Part shown: positions 12,546 through 25,773 of the stretch, in pieces | How positions within the stretch are numbered: the first letter of the stretch is position 1 | How the letters are laid out: each line of letters opens with the position of its first letter | NCBI GenBank assembly: GCA_026025795.1 | Contig: JAPEUG010000012.1 | Coordinates: 1-64,000, forward strand | Reading direction: 5' to 3' | Length of the DNA: 64,000 nucleotides | Source of the DNA: Thelocarpon superellum | Lineage: Eukaryota | Translations under genes and position numbers: made by a program | The notes under the pieces: generated by a model | What the model saw: only the letters and a program-made list of their open reading frames with translations | Told to the model about the DNA's origin: nothing | The model's database searches: none

Positions 12546-13577
12546 ATGGCTACAAAGCTGGTGCCCCTCGCGGACGTGGAGAGGTTGAGCGCGAGGGTGG
12601 TGCGGATCTTGGGCGGCAACCCAGGAAAGGTGAAGCATACCGCGCCCGTGATCCCGTTGATGCATCGTCGTTGACCTCCGCCAGTCCACGCTTCAAGGTA
12701 AGAAGACCCGGGGGGATCGTCCCTCCCTCCCTCCATCCATCTACCATGTGTCGCCATGTGTGATTGACAGCGGGGCGCACAACAAGGCACCAACACGTAT
12801 CTGGTCGGCAAGGGGGCCGAAAGAGTGCTCATCGACACCGGCGAAGGCAAAGCGAGCTGGAGCGAGCTGCTACGGAAAGTGCTGCAGGGGGAGCAAGCCC
12901 GCGTGAGCCAAGCAATCCTGACACACTGGCACCCGGACCACGTGGGGGGCGTGGCGGAGCTGCTCCGACTGTGCCCGGGGGCGCTCATCTACAAGAACGA
13001 GCCGTCGGGCAGGGAACATCCTATCGACGACGGCCAGCGGTTCTGCGTCGACGGCGCCACGCTGCGCGCCGTTCACGCGCCGGGCCACACGACGGATCAC
13101 ATGGCGTTGGTGCTGGAGGAGGAAGACGCCATGTTCACGGGCGATAATGTCCTGGGCCATGGCACGTCGGTGTTTGAAGACCTGGCCACCTACCTGACGA
13201 GCCTGGAGCGCATGCGGCATCAGTTCGCCGGCCGAGCGTATCCGGGCCACGGCGCGGTGATAGACGACGGCCCGGCTCGCATCGTCGAGTATATCGCGCA
13301 TCGCGCGGAGCGGGAGCGGCAGGTTCTCGACCTGTTGGGTGGTGCGGGTGCTGTCGCTTCTGACGAGGCGCGGACTGAGGACAAGGGGGAGGGTGATGAT
13401 CGCCCCCTGTGGGGCCCGAGGGACTTGGTCAAGATCATCTACAAGGACGTCCCGCAGCCTTTGCATCTTGCTGCTGAACATGGCCTGTTGCAGGTCTTGC
13501 GGAAGCTGCAGGGAGAGGAGAAGGTCACTGTGGTTGATGGGCGCTGGCGCATCGCTGGCAAGAAAGCCGTATTGTGA
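12546..13577 (+). CDS. Metallo-beta-lactamase fold protein, LACTB2-like (13-nt micro-exon 12685-12697)
   Basis: RILGGNPGK|STLQ|GTNTYLVG, LIDTGEG, THWHPDHVGG, PGHTTDH, FTGDNVLG, YPGHG. Confidence 0.88.
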
Positions 13578-13678
13578 TCCAAATCACATGTGACGTGAAC
13601 CGACTGTAGATGATTTCGGAGGGGTGCGTTACATCTGACCAATGGCTGATGAGGCAATGAAGGAATCTATCTATACAA

Positions 13679-15233
13679 CTACTGGTCGTCTATGACATGT
13701 AGATATTTCTTCTCCTCGCGCTTTTCGCGCTCCGTCGCCGGTGGCAGATCGTAGAATGCCGAGCTCCGATAGCTTTGCTGTTGCCGGGTTAGACCCTCTC
13801 GGCCACACGACAAGATGCAAAGCAAGGTAAGGATACGTACGAGGTAGTAGAAGGTCAGATTGGCCAGTTCGGCCGGCTCAATGCCAAGGTCCTTGAATGT
13901 CTTGGCCTTGCGATCGATGTGCTGATCGATGTACTCCCGCTCCACTTCGTCCGGTGAAGTCGTATGCCACCACAAAGCCTTGTTCAACATGTCGGCCACG
14001 GGTTTCAGGATGGATTTAGGCACATTCAAGTGCCGTCGGTGCTTGATGATCTCCCGGTCCACCAGCTCGGCAATTTCAGCCATTGAGTAGTTCTTTGGTC
14101 CGTACAATTCGTACGTCTCGCCTGCGGTGCTGTCGTCGTTGAGCATGACCTCGAGGGCTGATCCTACGTCCACAGCCTAGGATCTTATCAGATTGCGCAT
14201 GTCGACTACAAATGGTACTGATGACTCACATGGACTGGCCAGAACCGTTCTTGCATGTGGTTCGATGTGAAGAGATTGGTCACACCAGCCAGCTTGTGGA
14301 GTAGACGGTCTTCGAAGCCGAACAAAGGCGCCGGCCGAACGATGGTGGTTTCTGGGAAGATGCTTCGAACAACCTCTTCCCCTCGGCCCTGTTCCAACAA
14401 TGAGCATCGCGACGTGTCTTCGATCTTGAGATACCTTACCTTGGTCCGAAAGAATTCCGACGGCGAGTTCTTGTGTGCATTGTAGGAGGAAACGTGGACG
14501 AAGCGATCCACATCATATTTAGCCACAGCTTCCGCAATACGCTCTGCTCCTTCGACGTGGACATCTTCGTAGTCAAAGTTCCTGTGCGTAGGCCCACTTA
14601 GCTTTGATTGCGGGTCTGTTCATTGATATCCTGCTTCGGGTCTTACTTTGTTGGATATGTCCGGCCAACTAGATTGTAGACGATATCTGAATGTCTGACA
14701 CTCTCTTCTATCGATTGGGTGTTGCGAAGGTCATATTCCTGAGCGGGTGTCAGCCACGGCGGTTCATCGGTCAACGAGCGTTCCCAAACCCACCATGAAG
14801 ACCACTCGTCCAAGATCTCCCGTCACTTTGAGATGTCTCTTGGCCATTTCCTCACGGTATGGTACGACGACCGTACATCCTTGCCGTGCTGTTGCGTGCC
14901 ATCATCAGCCCTTGCCATTCAGCCTCGGGCGTGTGGTCCCTACCAAGCCTGTTGACGATGTAGCGGCCCAAGAAGCCCGTCGCACCGAACACTGTTGCCG
15001 TATGTCCGCCCAGGGAAGATCTGTGAAAAGCGTGTTAGCTCTATAGGTCGCACACGTCGAAAGAGAGTGGAGAGCTACCTTCCACCTTGGACGCGGATGA
15101 TGGGCTTTCCAGTTCGGGTGATGGAGATGTCTTGGTATCTTCGACACGGAGCCACCGAGCCAAATACCCTCTTCAGAGGCTGTACCGAGGCCAATTGGCC
15201 ACGGGCGGCCGGTGAAGCCAAGCTCTTCTGCAT
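13679..15233 (-). CDS. NDUFA9: NADH:ubiquinone oxidoreductase 39/40-kDa subunit (NDUFA9), multi-exon
   Basis: Mitochondrial presequence, [51 protein letters not shown]-terminus [11 protein letters not shown]. Confidence 0.92.
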
Positions 15234-15463
15234 CACAATGAGGGGACAATCGCTGGGCGGCGAGATGATATCCACACGATGCTCACGCTGTCGGCTTGAG
15301 GACACTGGAATGCCATGATTATGTAAGCAGCCTTGGTCACGTTTCGAGGTCTCCGGAGTTGATGCGCGATGTCCAAAGCTACTTGTACGGCACGACCCAG
15401 CCGTCTCTCCTTCTGTCACATATCTCCCAGTCCCGACGGACGTTCCTCGAAGCAAGACTCAAG

Positions 15464-16715
15464 ATGGCGATGAGCCTTGACACGATTCCAGAGTTCCTGG
15501 CGGAACAACGAGATGAAGCTCCGTCGGAAATCCAGCACCTCTTCATCCAAATGGAAGATTTCTGGGAGCGCAAGCTATGGCATCAGCTCTCCAACTGTCT
15601 AGCGGAGCTCTTCAAAAATCCCTTGAGCAGTCCGGCAAGAATACCGCTTTTCAACAAGTTCATCCTCACCTTCGCGGACAAGATCAATCAGCTACGGCTG
15701 GTGGCGCTAGGGTTAACGACGGGATCAGAGTATAAAGGTGAGATTGAGGGAGACGTGGCGACTGATGCAGGTCTGACGTTGGGTCCAGATGAGCAAGAAC
15801 GACTTACCTTCCTCACGGCGCTGGCAAAACGTGTGGACAAACCGGCATCGCAAGATGCGTTTGTGTTCGCCACGGTGATTCTGTCGATGGTCAAGTTACA
15901 GATCAACGACCTGGAGGGGGCTCGAAAGGAGCTGGACACGGCGGAGCGAATATTGGACACGTTTGATTCGGTGGAGGCAGAAGTGCATGCATCCTTCTAC
16001 CATAGCAGCGCAGACTACTATTACGTATGTCGGTGCTCATTCCGTCCCACCTCTCTCAATTGACATGTCCTAGGCCAAGCAAGACTTTGCCTCGTACTAC
16101 CGCAACTCACTGCTCTACCTGGCCTGCATCGACATCGCGCGGCTACCACCCAAGGTGCAACAGCAGCAAGCGTACGACCTCAGCATCGCGGCGCTGGTAT
16201 CGGACTCGATCTACAACTTCGGCGAGCTGCTCCTCCACCCCATCCTCGACTCGCTCGTCGACACGCCGCACGCCTGGCTCCGAGACCTCCTCTTTGCCTT
16301 CAACCGGGGCGATCTAGCCGCGTATGACGTGCTGGCGGGGAACATCTCCAAGAACGCGCTGCTGAACGAACACAGCGTTTTCCTGTACCAGAAGATCTCT
16401 CTGTCCGCCCTCACCGAGACGGTATTCAAGCGGCCCCCCCACGACCGCGCCATGACCTTCGCGACGATCAGCCAAGAGACGAAGGTGCAGCCAGACGAGA
16501 TCGAGCACCTGATCATGAAAGCGCTCTCGCTGGGCCTGCTCCGCGGCTCCATCGACCAGGTGGCGGAAATAGCCCGCATCAACTGGGTCCAGCCTAAGGT
16601 CCTTGATATGAAGCAGATCGACAACATGCGCTCGCGCTTGCAAGAGTGGGATTCGAGCGTGAATCAGCTGGGCAATTGGATCGAAGGCGTTGGGCAGGAT
16701 GTTTGGGCTGCGTAG
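15464..16715 (+). CDS. RPN9: 26S proteasome lid subunit Rpn9 (PCI domain), 3 exons
   Basis: DFWERKLWHQL, FADKINQL, IYNFGELLLHPIL, EHLIMKALSLGLLRGSIDQV, WVQPKVLD. Confidence 0.95.
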
Positions 16716-16845
16716 AGACGAGGCATACTCGCATGTCCGATAATGCAAACAAATCGGGCTGGCTGGCGGTGGATGCTGCGTTGCATGTATGTATGCGCGT
16801 ATGCATGCTACGAGATTCATCTGTGCAAGACCAAGACGTGACAGC

Positions 16846-19145
16846 CTACCCTGTTCTGAATGCTCTCCCTTCCCTCTCCTCGTCTCCCTTCTCCTTGCCA
16901 GTCTCCTTGACCACCACCCTCATGCCCTGCACCACTCCCGCCACCTCGCTCGTGGCACCACGTCTAGGCCCCCCCCACCTCGCAAGCAAAAGCACAACAC
17001 CAATGAACCAAGCGGGCCACCAGACGCACCAGACGACGACCTGAGTCCACATGCCCCACACGTGCCATCCGAACGCTGCTTCGTCGAGCACCGCGCGTAC
17101 CGGTACGCCCCAGGCGCTCGTCGATGCGAGGAGGACCACGTTGGGCGCTAGGCTTGAGAGCACGAGCAGTGCCAGGAGCGTCAGGATTTTCGTGGGGCCT
17201 TGGCTGTTACTCTTGCTGTTGCTCTCGGTGGTGGGGGCAATGGTGGTGATGGAGGGAGAAGAAGACAACGGAGGCGAGGCAGGGACATAGGTGAGTGGAG
17301 TGGCGAGCAGGCCCACCAGCAAAGCGAGCGAGAAATTGAGCGTCGCGAGCGCCGAGAGAAACATCCCCAGTAGTAGGAGCGAGAAGGATTTGATGAGTTG
17401 GTACTGTTGCGCATTGGGCTGAAAGTATTGCTTGAGCGCCATGTGCGTCCCGTAGGGTAGGAGCAGGTTGACGACATTGAAGACGTGGAATGTCCGGTCC
17501 ATGTTCTGTTGATTGTGACGCTTGTTGGTTGGGTTTCTTCGTTCGGGGGTAGGTCTGGAAGTACGTACCTCGGTTTGAGTGTGGTTGAAGAGATATAGCG
17601 GAATCACGCCTAGGAAATGCACCCCGCTCACAAATGCCAGCGGGAGGAATATCTTTCGCTCGACCGTGGCTTGCGGGGGATTGGAGTCGACGGATGAAAG
17701 ATCGGTCGTCCCGATCACCTGCACGTCCTTCTTCTCCGCGTCTTTCTTGTCCTGATCACCTGTCACGGGCGTGACTTTCGCTCCCGACTCTGGTCGTCCA
17801 CTCTGGATCCACAGAGCAATGGCCATGATGGTGAAATTGACTGCCACCAGCATGGCACTGGGGAGGTAGGTGCCGATGCTGACGAATCGCGTGTGTTGCA
17901 TGAGGAGGTAGAAGAAGAAGCTCTGATGGAAATGCTCCAGCAGATTGTTAAGACTGCGGAAGATGCTCTCCACCGACCGACCCATGGCCATCTCGTCTTG
18001 CCCGCCCTCGCCCACGGCCTGCAAGGTGATGGCGTCGATATGGTAGGGGATGAAGCTGCTGTGCGGCCCCGACGCGTGACCAAGACCTTGGTTGAGCATG
18101 CCGCGAAGCATGGTCTTTAGCCGATCTTGATACCCATCGTCGTGGTCCCACATCTGCTGCAAAGACACCCCGATCCCCATCTGCCCGTTGGCGATCGACA
18201 CAGCCGTGTTGAGCAGGTCCAGGTTCGGCAATTGGCCGTTGACCCCGTCGTAAACGATATGGAGAGACTCGAAGCGGTGGGTGAGGGCGTGATCGACTAC
18301 GACCACGCCTTGGAGCGCGCCGCTCTTGAGCGGCAATGATGCCACGGCCGGGCTCGAGTGGGCGTCGTGGTAGGCATCCACCCAAGCTTGAGACCCGGCT
18401 CGACTATCGCCAGCGATCAAGAAGATGATGTCCTTCGACCACAGCGACCATCCTAGCGTCCGCTCAGCATCTCTCCTCCCACGACCGGGCTCGGGCACCT
18501 ACGCTTGAAGTACCTCGCCAAGGTCAGGACCAGCGCCACGCCACTTTGATTCAGCTTGCCATCGATGTTCCTCCACGCCGCCACCAACACGATGGCCTCT
18601 GTGGCATCTCCTCGTGGAGCCCGCAAGATGGAGTAGACGTTCTCGCCCGCCAGGGTTTGGCCCGAGGCCGGGTACTCGTACTTTTGTCGCGCTACCTTGA
18701 GCCCGGCCGACTGAAAGATGTCGCCGATCGTCTGGACCACCCTGGACGCCTCCGAGTCAGTCCAATGCTTCGACACGTAGCCACGTATCCTACACATACT
18801 CCTCTTGGTCCTTGTCAGCCAGCGCTTCCACCTCATGTTTGTAGGCGCGGAAGATGTTCTCTTCGCTTCCCCCAAAATATGTATGTACCTGTCCAGGCAA
18901 CAAGGCGTTCTCCGAGATGTAGGTGTGGCGCGAGTAGTCGTCAAGAGGGAGCAGCAAGAGCCACACCACGCCCACGATGATGCAGAGGCCGCAGAGGTAG
19001 GGAGGGAGCTTGAGGATCCGGGGATCGCGCCACAGGACCCCTGAAGCTTCTGCCTGGTCAGTCTCTTCTTCGCCTCTTTCCAGGATCAATGGGCTCAAGA
19101 GGCCACTCACTACTTAATGACATGCTACCAATCACCCGATGGCAT
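16846..19145 (-). CDS. GAA1: GPI transamidase component Gaa1, multi-exon (first exon uncertain)
   Basis: YSRHTYISENALLPGQVHTYF, APRGDATEAIVLVA, WSKDIIFLI, GQLPNLDLLN, SLNNLLEHFHQSFFFY, C-terminal TM helices. Confidence 0.92.
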
Positions 19146-19441
19146 GGCGACGAGGCTCCTCTGTCGACATCATCTTGCTCTCCGGAGCTCAGGACACAGG
19201 ACGGTCGACGCGGACATGGACCAGACTACGGTCGACCATAACGCCGCTCTACGCACTTTAGATGAAGCTTGATCAACTCCGGTGACGGTGATCCATCCGT
19301 GGTGGGACAAAAGCCTCCGGGTCATCCAAGAGGTTCATTCCATGTCCTCCTACGACTACGATACATTCCCAACGTCGCTGGTCGTCGAATGGAATATGTA
19401 CAGATACCAAATACAAAAGCGCCGCGTGGGCGGGCGACCAG

Positions 19442-20547
19442 TCATGGGGGCGGCACAAAGTTCAGAGGGATACCTGCCTCTGCTGGTGCCGTCGTCGATG
19501 GAAGGACGCCGTACCGGCCGTATGTCTTCTGGTCCACCGAGACGTAGTGGGGAAGGCGACCCAACAGATTTAGTTTTCCTTCGATCCACCGCAGGACCTT
19601 CTCCGGCGGCGCCAGGAACTTTAGGTAGCCGAGACCGACTGCAGCGTATGTCCATGAGCGCAGGAAGCCGAAGGGAGTGGAGGCACCTACACAGATAGCC
19701 CACCGCCACGCCGCAGAGGTGGCCCAAGAAACTGGTGTTCGGAAGTAAGACGGTAGTGAAGATGGTCAGCACCAGCGGCGTCGTCCAGGTCGGAATCTGG
19801 TAGGATGCCAGGCTATGTCATGTCAGGTTCCAAGTGCCCGCAATGCTCCAACAGGATGTCTCACGTGAAGTGAGGGTTGGATTTGAAAGTCTTGATCGAC
19901 TCCACGGCGAGTAGCAGGAAGACCCAGACTCTGAAGAAGATGCTCCGTCAGCCGTCAGCCGTGGCATCGCAGACGCACGTTACTCACCCAGCCCCCATGA
20001 TGCTCGCATTTCTGCGTAAGATGACCCGTTCACACAGGAGGTAAAGCGCGCCCGGTAGAGTGGACAGCGCTGCCGGGCCGCGTCAACATCTCTCTGCCCA
20101 AGGAGGAGTGACGGCGCACTCACGTCCGAAGAAGAATGCCACGCTCAAAAGCGTGCCGTGCTCGGCCTCGAATCGCTCCAGCAGTGGCGCGAGCGATAGG
20201 ATGCCCAGCAAGGCGTGGAAGAAATTGGCGTGCACCAGTGGATAGGTATTGAGTCGATAGGCTGCGGGCGATGGGACCAAGGGTCAGTATGACAGGTGGC
20301 CAGGCGGCCAGGCGGCCAGGCGACCAGGCGGCCAGGTCGTCGCGAGGGACGTTCGCGGACACGTACTGGTGGTCAGATCGATCTCGAGCGGTATCAAGGC
20401 GCCCCACTCCACAATGTCCCACAGCGACTGGAATGCAAGCAGCCAGAAGACGAGGATGAGGGTCAAGACCACCCGCGTGAACAGCGGTAACCGGAAGAGA
20501 TAGGACCGTAGACGCGCCGGATTCAATTGGGGGAGTGAGGGAGCCAT
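19442..20547 (-). CDS. RBD2: Rhomboid family intramembrane protease Rbd2-like, multi-exon
   Basis: RSYLFRLPLFTR, YRLNTYPLVHANFFHA, LERFEAEHGTL, NTSFLGHLCG, RLPHYVSVDQKTYGRYGVLP; stop TGA at 19444-19442. Confidence 0.85.
20298..20336. repeat. 8-bp tandem repeat (GGCCAGGC)x~5 in rhomboid intron 1
   Basis: ggccaggcggccaggcggccaggcgaccaggcggccagg. Confidence 0.75.
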
Positions 20548-21186
20548 TGCGCACGCGATCTGCACCGGACGACGCAAGACCGCGCCGATGGAGCGTGTCG
20601 AGTAACGTCGCGTGGTCACTCCGACCCTTTCAGGTGGAGGGTGGAGGAATGTCGAGGAGGAGACCGGTCGACACGTACCAGCATATCGCCGCCGGGCTGG
20701 CAAGGAATAGAGGGAGGTAGGGTGGTGGTGCAGGCTGCGGCGCTCATCTTGCCGACCCGGTCCCCCATGCATTGCACGGCGGGCCCCGGGCGCGGCGGAT
20801 GCCGCTGGGATTTTCGCGAGATCCCATCGGCCCCCACGCCAATCAAGCGGGAGTGCTCCTCGTCCGTTTAGGGTACGCACAGCACGCCATCAACTATTTA
20901 ACGACCGGCACTGGTGGAGCGACACGGAGACGTCACGCTTCGGTCGACGGTCTCGATTGTGGCACAAGTAGATGGCACAGATGTCGCACGTGAAATCATC
21001 AACACACATTGCGATGACGAGAGGCAAGCACGTGGATACAACGTCACCCTCCTTCATCCCAGTCCGCTGCCCTCCCCCAATTCGTGCTCCAGTCCATTTC
21101 AACCCCACACGCGGACCGTCAACAACGTAGCTCTCCATCACATCGATCACGCCCCAAGTAGAACCAGCGCACCCACGCTTCCTCCC

Positions 21187-24119
21187 TCAAGCGTTCGCCT
21201 TGGCCATGGTGTTCAACGCACTTCCATTCTTGAACCAGTCGATCTGCGACGCATTGAACGTGTGCGACAGCTTCGCCTCCCAGGCCTGGCCGTCTTTCGG
21301 ATGCACGCGAAGGGTCAAGGGCTTGCCCACGGCGAGCTCCGTGCACATCAGATCCACCTTGTCGTCGGGGTTGATCTTGTCGTAATCCGCCGGGTCGCTG
21401 AAGGTCAGGGGGAGCATGCCTTGCTTCTTCAGATTCGTCTCGTGCTATCGCGCCGACAGGTTAGCCTCGGGCGAACGCACCGGCTGGCCGTGCCGCGTGC
21501 GGGGGGAACTCACGATGCGGGCAAAGCTCCGGGTGATGATGGCCAGTCCACCCAGGTGTCGGGGCTCGAGCGCCGCGTGTTCTCGCGAACTGCCTTCGCC
21601 GTAGTTCCAGTCGCCCACAACGACCCACGGGATCCCTTGACGCTTGTAGTCGCGCGCCGTCGCCGGCACCGGGCCCCACTCGCCCGAGGTAAAGTTCTTC
21701 ACCTTGTTCGCCTCGCCGTTGGCGGCGTTGATGGCGCCGATGAGCATGTTATTGGAGATGTTGTCGAGGTGGCCCCGGTATTTGAGCCACGGTCCGGCCA
21801 CTGCGAAACACCATGCTTAGTCTCCGCCATCGACGGGACCGGGGGTCATGGGGCACTTACTCGAAATGTGGTCCGTCGTCGTCTTACCCTTGGTCTTGAT
21901 CAAAATGGGGATGTCCGTGGCGTTCTTGCCGTTCCACGCCTTGAAGGGCTCCAACAGCTGCAGTCGGTCGCTGGTGGGCGACACCGCGACCGCGACGGCT
22001 TGGCGGTCCGTGGGCGGGGCTTGGTACGTGTCGCGTCCGGGATCATACCCACGCGCCGGCAGGCCTTCCCCGGTGGGCGGCGCGAGCATAAAGTCCTTGC
22101 CGTCCTTATCTTGGAGCGGATCCGTTAGCGGGTTGAACTTGAGCGTGCCGGCCAGGGTCAAGGCCACGACAAGATCCGGCGAGGTGACGAAGGCGTGCGT
22201 GGCCGGGTTAGCGTCGTTGCGGCCGGTGAAGTTGCGGTTGTACGAGGAGATGATGGAGTTCGGTTCACCCTTCTTGACGTCGCGGCGATCCCACTGGCCG
22301 ATGCATGGGCCGCAGGCGTTGGCCAGGATCATGCCGCCAAACTCCTCGAGCGTCTCCAGTTGACCGTCGCGAGCGATGGTCGCCCGGATCTGCTCGGAGC
22401 CGGGGGTGACGGTGAAGGTCGACTTGGCCTTGACGCCATGGTCGAGCGCGTCGCGCGCGATCGAGGCCGCGCGCGACATATCCTCGTAGGAGGAATTGGT
22501 GCACGAGCCAATCAATCCAACCTTGAGCTCTTCCGGCCACTTGTTGGTCTCAACCGCCTCCTTGAACTTGGAGATGGGCGTAGCGAGATCAGGGGTGAAG
22601 GGACCGTTGATGTGCGGTTCCAGCTCCGACAGATTGAGCTCGATGAGCTCGTCGTACTCGGCGCCCTCGTCTTCGCGGAGCTCGTGCGCGTACGCCCGCG
22701 CAAATTCGCCAATGCTCTTGCGCTTCGTCGCGGCCAGATAGTCGTACATGCTGTCATTAAAGGGGAAGAGGGACGTCGTCGCTCCAATCTCCGCACCCAT
22801 GTTGCAGATGGTGCCCATCCCGGTGGAGGACAGAGAGCTCACGCCTGGGCCGTGGTACTCGATGATCGCGCCCGTGCCACCTTTCACCGTGAGAATGCCA
22901 GCAACCTTCAAGATGATGTCTGTCGCCGCGTCGCATGAGCACCGTCCACCATCACATGTAGGAATGCCTCACCTTTAGGGGCCGTCCAACCCGACAGTTG
23001 TCCCGTCAGCTTCACTCCGATCACCTTGGGCGCCTTCAGCTCCCAGGGCAGGTTGGCCATGACGTCCACGGCGTCGGCGCCACCCACGCCAATGGCGCAC
23101 ATGCCCAGACCTCCAGCGTTCGGGGTATGCGAGTCGGTGCCGATCATGAGCCCGCCGGGAAAAGCGTAGTTCTCCAGAATGATCTGGTGGATGATGCCTG
23201 AGCCAGGTCTCCAGAATCCAATGTTATACTTGGCACACGACGTGGCTAGGAAGTCGTAAACCTCCTTGTTGATGTCCTGTGCTCGGGCCAGATCCTGCTC
23301 GCCTCCGATCTGGGCCTCAATCAGATGGTCACAATGCACGGTCGTCGGCGTGGCCACGGAGGGCATGCCCGCCGACATGAATTGGAGAATAGCCATCTGC
23401 GCCGTGGCATCTTGACACGCCACGCGATCTGGACGGAGGCGCAGATACGAGCTCCCCCTTTCAATTTCTTGGCCATGGGGATCATCCAGATGCGAGTACA
23501 AGATCTTCTCGGCGAACGTGAGCGGACGATTCAGTCGTGCACGCACGACTGAGAGGTTTTCCGACATCTTCCTGCAGGTATCATATGTACGTCAGCCCAC
23601 CGACCCCATACGCCTGCACATGGCGTCGAGAGACCTCGACTGCCAACGGGGGCGAGACTGGGCACGATCGTGACGTACTTGTAATTGATGTAGTGTCCCT
23701 GGGTGAGTTACCATGGTCAGCACGGGCTCGTCTCCCAGTTCGGCGAGGCTGTGCCCGCAACGCGGGTGAACCAGCGGGCTCATGGGTGCGGCGGACTGAC
23801 CTGTTCCCAGTTGGTCATCTCGACCTTTTTGTCAAGAGGCGCATCGGAGACCGTGGCCAGCGTGCGAACTCTGGGAGCCTGGAGGGTCGGCGGTCAGTGA
23901 GGTCCTCAAATCGGCAACCTGGTGGGACCAAGCGGGGTCTCTCGACCGACAGCAGCGGCAGGATGACATACAATTCGCACGCTGGTGGTCTATACTCCGC
24001 ACGTGGTTAGCATCATTCATAAGCAGCATTGTGCCCACCATTGACATGGTCCTTGACGGAATTCATAAAGAGATGCTCACCAGCTTCCCGAGCCGGGAAA
24101 ATTGCCTTGCCGAGATCAT
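21187..24119 (-). CDS. ACO1: Mitochondrial aconitate hydratase, multi-exon with micro-exons
   Basis: [29 protein letters not shown] presequence, [64 protein letters not shown]. Confidence 0.97.
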
Positions 24120-24405
24120 GGCGACGGCGCGATGGAGAGAGGCTCAAGTGAGGATGGGAGCCTCGGCGGCGGGGACAGCAGAGCGAGCTCCGCGCAGGTG
24201 ACGGATCCACTTCAGAGGAAAGACGATGAGATGGATTTGGAGGGTGGAAGAGGAGAAGGGGCGAGCAGGGTAAAGATGGGGGAATGAGAGTGGGAGGGTT
24301 GTTATCTGGAAGGCTTGCACGAGCTCGTCGCCGGTCCTGCTCGGCTTTACCGTGGACGGTAAGTACCATGTACGTAGCCACAGTGACCAAAAACGATAGC
24401 CACGA

Positions 24406-24425
24406 CCAATCAGACGACCTTGAAT
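24406..24425 (+). promoter_or_regulatory. Putative CBC:HapX bipartite site (CSAAT-N12-RWT)
   Basis: CCAAT-cagacgaccttg-AAT, about 290 bp upstream of the ACO1 ATG. Confidence 0.6.
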
Positions 24426-24590
24426 TATACCATGCCGCCGCTTCCCCACTCTCGCTCCCTTGTGTCCATGGCCACCCCCTCTCACTAATCGTGCGAGTAC
24501 CCTTTGCTCTAACTGCCAGCGGCCCAGAATTACGAGCGCTTTCGTCACAGCTCCCTTGCTCGCACGCTGCAGGTCCAGCTAAGTCACTAT

Positions 24591-24610
24591 CCAATGGCTT
24601 GACAGTCAAT
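24591..24610 (+). promoter_or_regulatory. Second putative CBC:HapX bipartite site (CSAAT-N12-RWT)
   Basis: CCAAT-ggcttgacagtc-AAT in the ACO1/BUD20 divergent intergenic region. Confidence 0.6.
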
Positions 24611-24956
24611 TCGGGGCTCTCTTCGTTCCCTGATCTGTCCATCTGCGCCCGACTCGCTGCCCGGAGTACGGAACGTACGCATGCGCATCATGCCATTAGA
24701 CCGAGGGATTGAATAGTAATGTTGGTGCGGAGTTCCGAAAGCATCCGGTTCACCGTGGCATGAGCCCCTAGCAGCTCGCGCCCACGCCGAAAAAGGCGCT
24801 TGACAGATTCTGACGGTCTGGAGACCTTCCTCGGCTGCGCCGGCTCACCAATAGTAGCAGTCTTGTCTGTCAGCCTCTAGACAATTCCGAACTCGAAAAT
24901 CGTTCCCGACCTGCAGACCCTCAAAATCATCATCTCGGCGTAACGTCGCAGCCGCC

Positions 24957-25510
24957 ATGGGCGCGATACGACGTTCCAAGACCAAGCGTCGTACGCGGTA
25001 CGCATGACCCTCTCGGCCACGGTCATTCATGGTCACCCACGGTCAAGCCAGATCCCTTCCGGGAAACTCATCGCTGACCTTTTCTATGGTAGAGACATGG
25101 ACCTAGTCCATGCCGATCTACAATCCCCCAAACATCTTAGCCAGCACACGCAGTCACGGGCGGTAGAAGATCTTCCGGGCTTGGGACAGTGGTATTGCGT
25201 CGAGTGCGCCAAATGGTTCGAGGGCGAGCATAACCTGATCGAACACCGACGGGGGAAGAATCACAAACGAAGGTCTGTTGGGAGCGATGCCCCGGCGATT
25301 ATATAGCAGCGGCTGACGCTTGGGCTCCTGCGCAGAGTTCGATTATTACGAGACACGCCGTATACACAGAAAGAAGCCGAAGCCGCAGTTGGTCTTGGCA
25401 CCGACAACGGCTCGCGATCGCACTCTGCGCCTCATCCAAAGGAGGACGCTGAGATTCATGTCGATGCCGAGCAGGCTAAGAAGAAAGAGCTAGTCACGGA
25501 GGCTGCTTAA
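24957..25510 (+). CDS. BUD20: Bud20/ZNF593 C2H2 ribosome biogenesis factor, 3 exons
   Basis: MGAIRRSKTKRRTR|DMDLVHADL...EDLPGLGQWYCVECAKWF...HRRGKNHKRR|VRLLRDTPYTQKEAEAAVGLG. Confidence 0.93.
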
Positions 25511-25773
25511 AGCACATGGGGCAACATTGGCGTTTTCGCGACATGTGGGGCTGCATCCATGAGGCGTTGGGTAGATCGTGAGATCGTTGGCGGGGTGTGG
25601 GATCAGAACATCATCTTGTTACTTTGCAGAATCATCAGTCGATGCGACCAACGTGAATGAAGTAATCGCCATCCTCATGGAACACTTCTCGGAAAGGTTC
25701 CACAAGATGTCTAGGTGAAGATCAACCGGTTAAATTCAATCGTCTTGCTCGTCGACCCCAATCGTGTCGGCCG

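Noticed and set aside
25603..25680. C/D-box-like words (TGATGA, CTGA) on the minus strand behind BUD20
   Set aside because: Spacing is short and I could not identify a convincing terminal stem or rRNA guide
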